From the UHGV virus genome UHGV-1956501: a stretch of 10,494 bases of DNA; one strand, given 5' to 3'. The notes beneath the pieces were generated by a model. It was not told where the DNA came from, did not search any database, and saw nothing but the letters and a program-made list of their open reading frames with translations. Positions 6,540 to 10,494 of the stretch are shown here, in pieces. This stretch comes from a virus. Both the position numbers and the translations under genes were made by a program. Each line of letters starts with the position of its first letter. Position 1 is the first letter of the stretch.

Positions 6540-7301
6540 ATGACGATACATTTCTTTTTCAATGATCACTACCCTTATTGGTACAAGGATGGTGATCTAA
6601 TCTTTTGGAAACCTGGCTGCAGTAGGAATGGAAATAGGGCTGGACACTACAACAAAAAGACTGGATATTTCCAAGTGTACAATAAGCTGACAAATGTTAA
6701 ACGTGGCAGACATAGGGAAATTTTTGACATGTTTTACGGATGTGTCACAGATACTTGGCATATTGATCATATTATCTCTAAGAAAAATTCTACTAACGGA
6801 GTGCCTGTAGACAAGATAGAAAACCTTCAAATGTTGAAGCCTTGGGATAACTACTGTAAGAGAGCCTTGGAAAATGTGCAAAGCAATAACACCTCTACAG
6901 TGACTGGTGTGGTATGGCTGAAAAGAGAGGGTAAGTGGAGGGCAAGTAGAAGGATAAATAGGGTAAATGTTAGGTTGGGAGATTTTGACACTTTCGAAGA
7001 GGCTAAGTCTAGGGTTGAATGGTCAATAGCCAACCCGGAAGAGGCTTTAAAGATAGTTCCAAACCCGCACAAGAATAATATCCTGCCAGGTATTGATTGG
7101 TCTAAGAAAGATACCTGTTGGAGGGCACGAGATAACAAAGGAAGAAACTTAAGGTGCTTCAACGACAGGAAGTGGCTAAACCCCTGGTGGGAGGCAGTTT
7201 GTGCAAGAAAGTCTTGGGAAGTAAACTGTCTCTACGGAGGAATGTCACTAACTGAGTGGAAGTTATCCAGAGGCTATCCAAGACCTTGTGTTGAGGATTG
7301 A
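6540..7301 (+). CDS. HNH homing endonuclease with AP2-type DNA-binding domain (free-standing)
   Basis: HNH core WHIDHIISKKNSTNGVPVDKIENLQMLKPWDN (H...N...N). Downstream AP2-like segment TGVVWLKREGKWRASRRINRVNVRLGDFDTFEEAKSRV. Inserted between endolysin and the next lysis-region gene, typical of mobile phage homing endonucleases. Confidence 0.85.
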   Translation: MTIHFFFNDHYPYWYKDGDLIFWKPGCSRNGNRAGHYNKKTGYFQVYNKLTNVKRGRHREIFDMFYGCVTDTWHIDHIISKKNSTNGVPVDKIENLQMLKPWDNYCKRALENVQSNNTSTVTGVVWLKREGKWRASRRINRVNVRLGDFDTFEEAKSRVEWSIANPEEALKIVPNPHKNNILPGIDWSKKDTCWRARDNKGRNLRCFNDRKWLNPWWEAVCARKSWEVNCLYGGMSLTEWKLSRGYPRPCVED

Positions 7302-7304
7302 TCA

Positions 7305-7333
7305 TTGACATAACCACACGGACGTGGTATTGT
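7305..7333 (+). promoter_or_regulatory. Sigma70-type promoter candidate (TTGACA-N17-TATTGT with TG extension)
   Basis: -35 TTGACA at 7305-7310, 17-nt spacer, -10 TATTGT at 7328-7333 preceded by TGg; then GAGAGGG Shine-Dalgarno and ATG 7365. Confidence 0.5.
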
Positions 7334-7364
7334 TGCCTCATAGAATGTTCGAGAGGGTTTAACC

Positions 7365-7571
7365 ATGAAAGATTTTCTGTTGGCAATTTTGTTCATGGCA
7401 GCATGTCTGGCCTGTGGTGTCGTGTTTGCAGGTGAAACAGCGTATCTTGTCGATGTATATCGGGACAATGGTAAACGTATTTGCCTTTATGAGACAAGCC
7501 AAGGTGAGCTCTACGAGCTTGTGAAACAAGGCGAGGCAGGTTCCTGCCCTCGCACCCATTTCTTTGAATAA
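7365..7571 (+). CDS. Small secreted or membrane-anchored protein (68 aa) with N-terminal signal/TM segment and two Cys in the mature part
   Basis: N-terminus MKDFLLAILFMAACLACGVVFAG is a hydrophobic signal-like segment (possible cleavage after VFA; non-canonical lipobox). Own promoter and Shine-Dalgarno. Sits in the lysis-type region. Confidence 0.6.
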   Translation: MKDFLLAILFMAACLACGVVFAGETAYLVDVYRDNGKRICLYETSQGELYELVKQGEAGSCPRTHFFE

Positions 7572-7580
7572 GGAGGATAC

Positions 7581-8045
7581 GTGGAAGACGGACGTTTAAT
7601 GAAGTCTGAACGCAGGCTTATTGTGCAACTGATCCCAGAAACAGCTTGGTATAATAACCTCCGAAACGCTGTAAAGAAGAGTGAGTGGGATAAGATCCGC
7701 AAGAAGTGCTATAAAGAAGCCAACTACACCTGTGAGGTGTGCGGCGGTAAAGGCAGCAAACACCCAGTGGAGTGTCATGAACTTTACACTTTCGAAGAGG
7801 GAGTGATCCGGCTTGTCGGACTGATAGCGTTGTGCCCAGATTGTCACACATCTGTGCATCCTGGGTTAGCAAATATCCGTGGAAAGTATGCTCAGGCAGT
7901 TAGTCAGTTGGCTAAGGTGAATAAGATCACCAAGGGTATGGCAGAGGCGTATTACCGAGACTGCTTTGCAGAGTGGCGTGAGCTTAGTAAAGTTCCAGAA
8001 TGGAAGACTGACTTTTCGTGGATAGAGGGTTACCTTGATGGCTAA
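7581..8045 (+). CDS. Zinc-binding His-Me-finger (HNH / EndoVII / NinG-like) protein, putative nuclease
   Basis: AGGAGG Shine-Dalgarno (7571-7576) 4 nt before GTG 7581. Motif CEVCGG-x6-HPVECHE-x-LCPDCH-x-x-x-H resembles the CxxC...H...CxxC-H arrangement of beta-beta-alpha-Me nucleases. Nuclease activity is inferred. Confidence 0.55.
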   Translation: MEDGRLMKSERRLIVQLIPETAWYNNLRNAVKKSEWDKIRKKCYKEANYTCEVCGGKGSKHPVECHELYTFEEGVIRLVGLIALCPDCHTSVHPGLANIRGKYAQAVSQLAKVNKITKGMAEAYYRDCFAEWRELSKVPEWKTDFSWIEGYLDG

Positions 8046-8328
8046 GAAACCTTTAAAAGAGAAATTTGATAAGACAGCTTTTGTATTCGATACACCTCTG
8101 GACGACATCATCAGAGGTATGCAATCCTTGTATCGGAAGGCTGAATCTGAGCAGTTGTCTGAATCAGAACTTTACTGGCTTTGTTGGTGGGAGTTAAACC
8201 TGCCTAAAGCTGAAAGTTCTTGTCTGAGAACTGTTAAAACGTGCGCCCAAGAAAACGCTGCACTTGGAATCTACCACAAAAGGAAAAGATCAACAAAAAT
8301 CTCTCCAAGAAAGACCAAAAAGTCTTGA
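8038..8328 (+). CDS. Hypothetical protein with strongly basic C-terminal tail
   Basis: ATG 8038 overlaps the upstream stop (ATGGCTAA). C-terminus YHKRKRSTKISPRKTKKS is Lys/Arg-rich. No homology recognised; could be spurious. Confidence 0.4.
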   Translation: MAKKPLKEKFDKTAFVFDTPLDDIIRGMQSLYRKAESEQLSESELYWLCWWELNLPKAESSCLRTVKTCAQENAALGIYHKRKRSTKISPRKTKKS

Positions 8329-8354
8329 CAAAAGTGTTATTAATCTGATATTAT
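8325..8354 (+). promoter_or_regulatory. Strong sigma70 promoter (TTGACA-N18-TGaTATTAT, extended -10)
   Basis: Perfect -35 TTGACA (8325-8330), 18-nt spacer, -10 TATTAT (8349-8354) preceded by TGa; then AGGAG Shine-Dalgarno (8375-8379) and ATG 8388. A GATATC-centred palindrome (about 8359-8366) lies near the predicted transcription start. Confidence 0.7.
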
Positions 8355-8387
8355 CGGTCAGATATCTATAAACTAGGAGAACTAGAT

Positions 8388-8696
8388 ATGCTTAAAATTT
8401 TTATTGTTGAAGATAAAGATATTGTCCAGTTGTATGCAAACGAGAATCATAAAGGTATGATTCTGAAGAAGGCAAGCAACCTTCATGAAAACACAATTCA
8501 ACCTGGCGATGTAATTAAGATCTGTGGTTATATGATATCAGACTCCTTGATGAAAATAACCCACCACTGGGGGTCTAATCCGTTCCTTTTTGAAAAGTAT
8601 TGGGATGTTGAGTCACTTATTGCAGAGAGTGATGATGCATTCCATTACAGCATCCAACCATCTTGCAGAATAACTAACAGGAGGGTCTTTGAGTAG
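8388..8696 (+). CDS. Hypothetical protein (102 aa), first gene after the strong promoter
   Basis: ATG with good Shine-Dalgarno spacing (8 nt) directly downstream of the consensus promoter. No motifs recognised. Confidence 0.6.
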   Translation: MLKIFIVEDKDIVQLYANENHKGMILKKASNLHENTIQPGDVIKICGYMISDSLMKITHHWGSNPFLFEKYWDVESLIAESDDAFHYSIQPSCRITNRRVFE

Positions 8697-9828
8697 AGAA
8701 TATCCACTTATTGAGTCCATAGATTGTCTGGCTGATCTTCTTGAACCTGACGCTATAGTTTATTATGACTTCGATCAGGTTGCATATCAAGCTGCAGCAA
8801 GTTGTGAAAAAAGGACAATTGAGGTAACACACAAAGCCTCCGGACGTAAGAAGATGTTTAAAACACGAACAGAGTTCTGGGGTCGGCAGAAGAACACCGT
8901 TGGTGGTTGGTTAAAAGCTGAGAATACCAACCGTGAAGCCGCATGTAAAAAGTCTGGTAAGGAGTTTATTCCGTGGACACGTGAAGATTTTGATGTCTTG
9001 GATATCCAAACACCTGACCCTGTAGAGAACTGCTTGCACACAATAAAATGTAAGGCAAATGCAGTTCTTAACTATCTTGGTATTCCGGAAGAGCGATGTG
9101 TCGGGGTGTTGGGAGGAACAGGTAACTTCAGACTAGATCTTCCAATGCCGGAAAGATACAAAGCCAACCGTAACAATACCCTTCGACCACTGCTGCTTGG
9201 AGATGCAAGACAGTATCTCCAAAAGCAGTATAATGCTCAAGTGATCAACGGTATCGAGGCTGACGACTGGTTAGCTATCCAGCAATTTGAAGGTTGGAAC
9301 CACTACCAAAAAACAGGTAAGTTCAACAAGTTTATTATCTCTATTGATAAGGACCAAAGAACACTGCCGGGGCTTGTGTTCGATCCCATGCGAAACGATA
9401 AGGGAGATTTTGTAAGGGAAACCCCTATGCTGATCGATAACGGTATGGGGAACATCTTCATGAAGCCTAATGGAGAGGTTGGTGGTTACGGAATGCTGTT
9501 CTTCGGATACCAAATGCTGTGTGGTGACTCTGCCGACAATATCAAGCCGTATCAAGGACTTATCGGTAAGGGTAAGTTCGGGGATGCCTCAGCATTCTAC
9601 CTACTGTCTCAGTGCAGCACTCCAAAGGAGATGTGGGTGGCTATTATTGATCAGTACAAGAAGTGGTTCCCGAAAGGTGTTGTTAAGTATACTGACTTCA
9701 ATGGTGTTGATCGTAGAATTTCCGTAGGTCAATGGATGAGTATAATTTTTGACTGTTTGTATATGAAGCGAACATTCAATGATCAAACAAAACTTGTTAA
9801 CGTTCTTAGAAATGTTGGAGCAATTTGA
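8689..9828 (+). CDS. rnh: FEN-family 5'-3' exonuclease / T4 RNase H-like nuclease
   Basis: N-terminal YYDFDQVAY (compare T4 RNase H LIDFSQIAL), GIEADDWLAI (compare EADDHIAV in T4 RNase H and EADDMAAY in T5 D15), and GDSADNIKPYQGLIGKG (compare GD-x-x-DNI...GIG-x-K helix-hairpin-helix motif). Comparisons are from memory. Start is TTG 8689, 4 nt after AGGAGG (8679-8684). At 379 aa it is longer than T4 RNase H. Confidence 0.7.
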   Translation: MSREYPLIESIDCLADLLEPDAIVYYDFDQVAYQAAASCEKRTIEVTHKASGRKKMFKTRTEFWGRQKNTVGGWLKAENTNREAACKKSGKEFIPWTREDFDVLDIQTPDPVENCLHTIKCKANAVLNYLGIPEERCVGVLGGTGNFRLDLPMPERYKANRNNTLRPLLLGDARQYLQKQYNAQVINGIEADDWLAIQQFEGWNHYQKTGKFNKFIISIDKDQRTLPGLVFDPMRNDKGDFVRETPMLIDNGMGNIFMKPNGEVGGYGMLFFGYQMLCGDSADNIKPYQGLIGKGKFGDASAFYLLSQCSTPKEMWVAIIDQYKKWFPKGVVKYTDFNGVDRRISVGQWMSIIFDCLYMKRTFNDQTKLVNVLRNVGAI

Positions 9829-10160
9829 TGACTAAAAATTCTGTAGATAGTGCAATTATGGAAGCTGTTTTTGAGGATGATCATACAACAGGGACACTTA
9901 AAACAAAAAATACATTCGTTGTTGCCACAGGTATGTGGCGGTTGTATGAAGATGACACCATTTCATACATCCTGTACACTGATGATTACGCAGATGACCG
10001 TGTATGGTCTGCTGTTTTAAAAGAGGATTGTGAACTGATTGAGGGCGAGCGGTTATGCATGTTCACCAGTGTGGAAACAGATGTTAAGCTTTGCTCTCTC
10101 GTCTTGTTCAAAGATAAGGCTTATGCTCCTGATGAAGGAGAGGAGGATGAGGAAGTATGA
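9828..10160 (+). CDS. Hypothetical acidic protein with Asp/Glu-rich C-terminal tail
   Basis: ATG 9828 overlaps the upstream stop (TGATG). C-terminus PDEGEEDEEV; Asp/Glu are frequent throughout. Function unknown. Confidence 0.55.
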   Translation: MTKNSVDSAIMEAVFEDDHTTGTLKTKNTFVVATGMWRLYEDDTISYILYTDDYADDRVWSAVLKEDCELIEGERLCMFTSVETDVKLCSLVLFKDKAYAPDEGEEDEEV

Positions 10161-10494
10161 GAGAGCGTCTATTATCCATAGACCAGTCGTTGACACACAC
10201 AGCTTGCGTTGTATGGGACGATGGAAAGCCTGTTCATAAGGTTGTGTTACGAACTCAAAGCTCATCTGCAAAAGAGAAGAAACCAGGGACGGTTTCTTTT
10301 GCAACAGCTGCTGAGCGTATTAACTGGATCTGCAAACAGGTCAGATATTATATCCACACGCACGGAGTTGACACCGTGGTTATGGAAGGACTTTCCTTCG
10401 GATCTCGCGGGGATGCCACACGTGAACTGGCTGGGTTGTTTTACGGTCTCGAAGTTATGCTTTGGGATGCTTTAGCTGATTGTGAAAATGACGG
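10157..10494 (+). CDS. RuvC-like Holliday junction resolvase, 5' partial (runs off window end)
   Basis: Not in the supplied ORF track because it has no stop inside the window. Hand translation from ATG 10157 (ATGA overlap with upstream stop) is open to 10494: MRERLLSIDQSLTHTACVVWDDGKPV...VDTVVMEGLSFGSRGDATRELAGLFYGLEV, with an RuvC-like N-terminal I-D-x-S/G and the conserved Glu in VVMEG. Confidence 0.6.
   Translation, partial: MRERLLSIDQSLTHTACVVWDDGKPVHKVVLRTQSSSAKEKKPGTVSFATAAERINWICKQVRYYIHTHGVDTVVMEGLSFGSRGDATRELAGLFYGLEVMLWDALADCEND

Noticed and set aside
7159-7702. Minus-strand ORFs 7159..7386, 7274..7468, 7359..7559 and 7511..7702 around the lysis-region promoter
   Set aside because: They overlap better-supported plus-strand genes that have promoter and Shine-Dalgarno signals, and they have no features of their own.
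10209-10475. Track ORF 10209..10475 (+) and 10053..10304 (-) at the right edge
   Set aside because: A different plus-strand frame starting at ATG 10157 is open to the window end, is translationally coupled to the upstream gene and shows RuvC-like motifs. The track ORFs are probably out-of-frame artefacts.
1-10494. tRNA or other structured RNA genes
   Set aside because: Intergenic gaps are short (largest about 126 bp and about 250 bp at the left edge) and none contains tRNA-like T-arm/acceptor-stem sequence. Not excluded computationally; tRNAscan-SE or ARAGORN would settle it.

Overview
Gene-dense window (about 40% GC, roughly 90% coding) that reads like an early/middle region of a virulent tailed dsDNA phage infecting a Gram-negative host. 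All calls are from motif reading of the six-frame translations; no database search was run. Layout: (i) a leftward two-gene unit (metallophosphoesterase, then a small putative DNA-binding protein) ending next to an array of four phased 17-bp palindromes and an AT-rich tract at the left edge; (ii) a long rightward, translationally coupled cluster encoding a T4 RnlA-like RNA ligase, a 116-aa unknown protein, a Sir2-family protein lacking the zinc ribbon, a possible MazG-like NTP pyrophosphohydrolase, two small unknown proteins and an ATP-dependent DNA ligase; (iii) a lysis-type region with a lambda R-like transglycosylase, an inserted HNH-AP2 homing endonuclease and a small secreted protein; (iv) a His-Me-finger-like zinc protein, a consensus sigma70 promoter, and a replication/recombination module (T4 RNase H/FEN-like nuclease, small acidic protein, 5' part of a RuvC-like resolvase). 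No tRNA, rRNA or CRISPR array was found. The most likely candidates for something undescribed are the RNA-ligase / unknown / Sir2 / MazG-like operon with its divergent overlapping phosphoesterase, and the palindrome array at the left edge.
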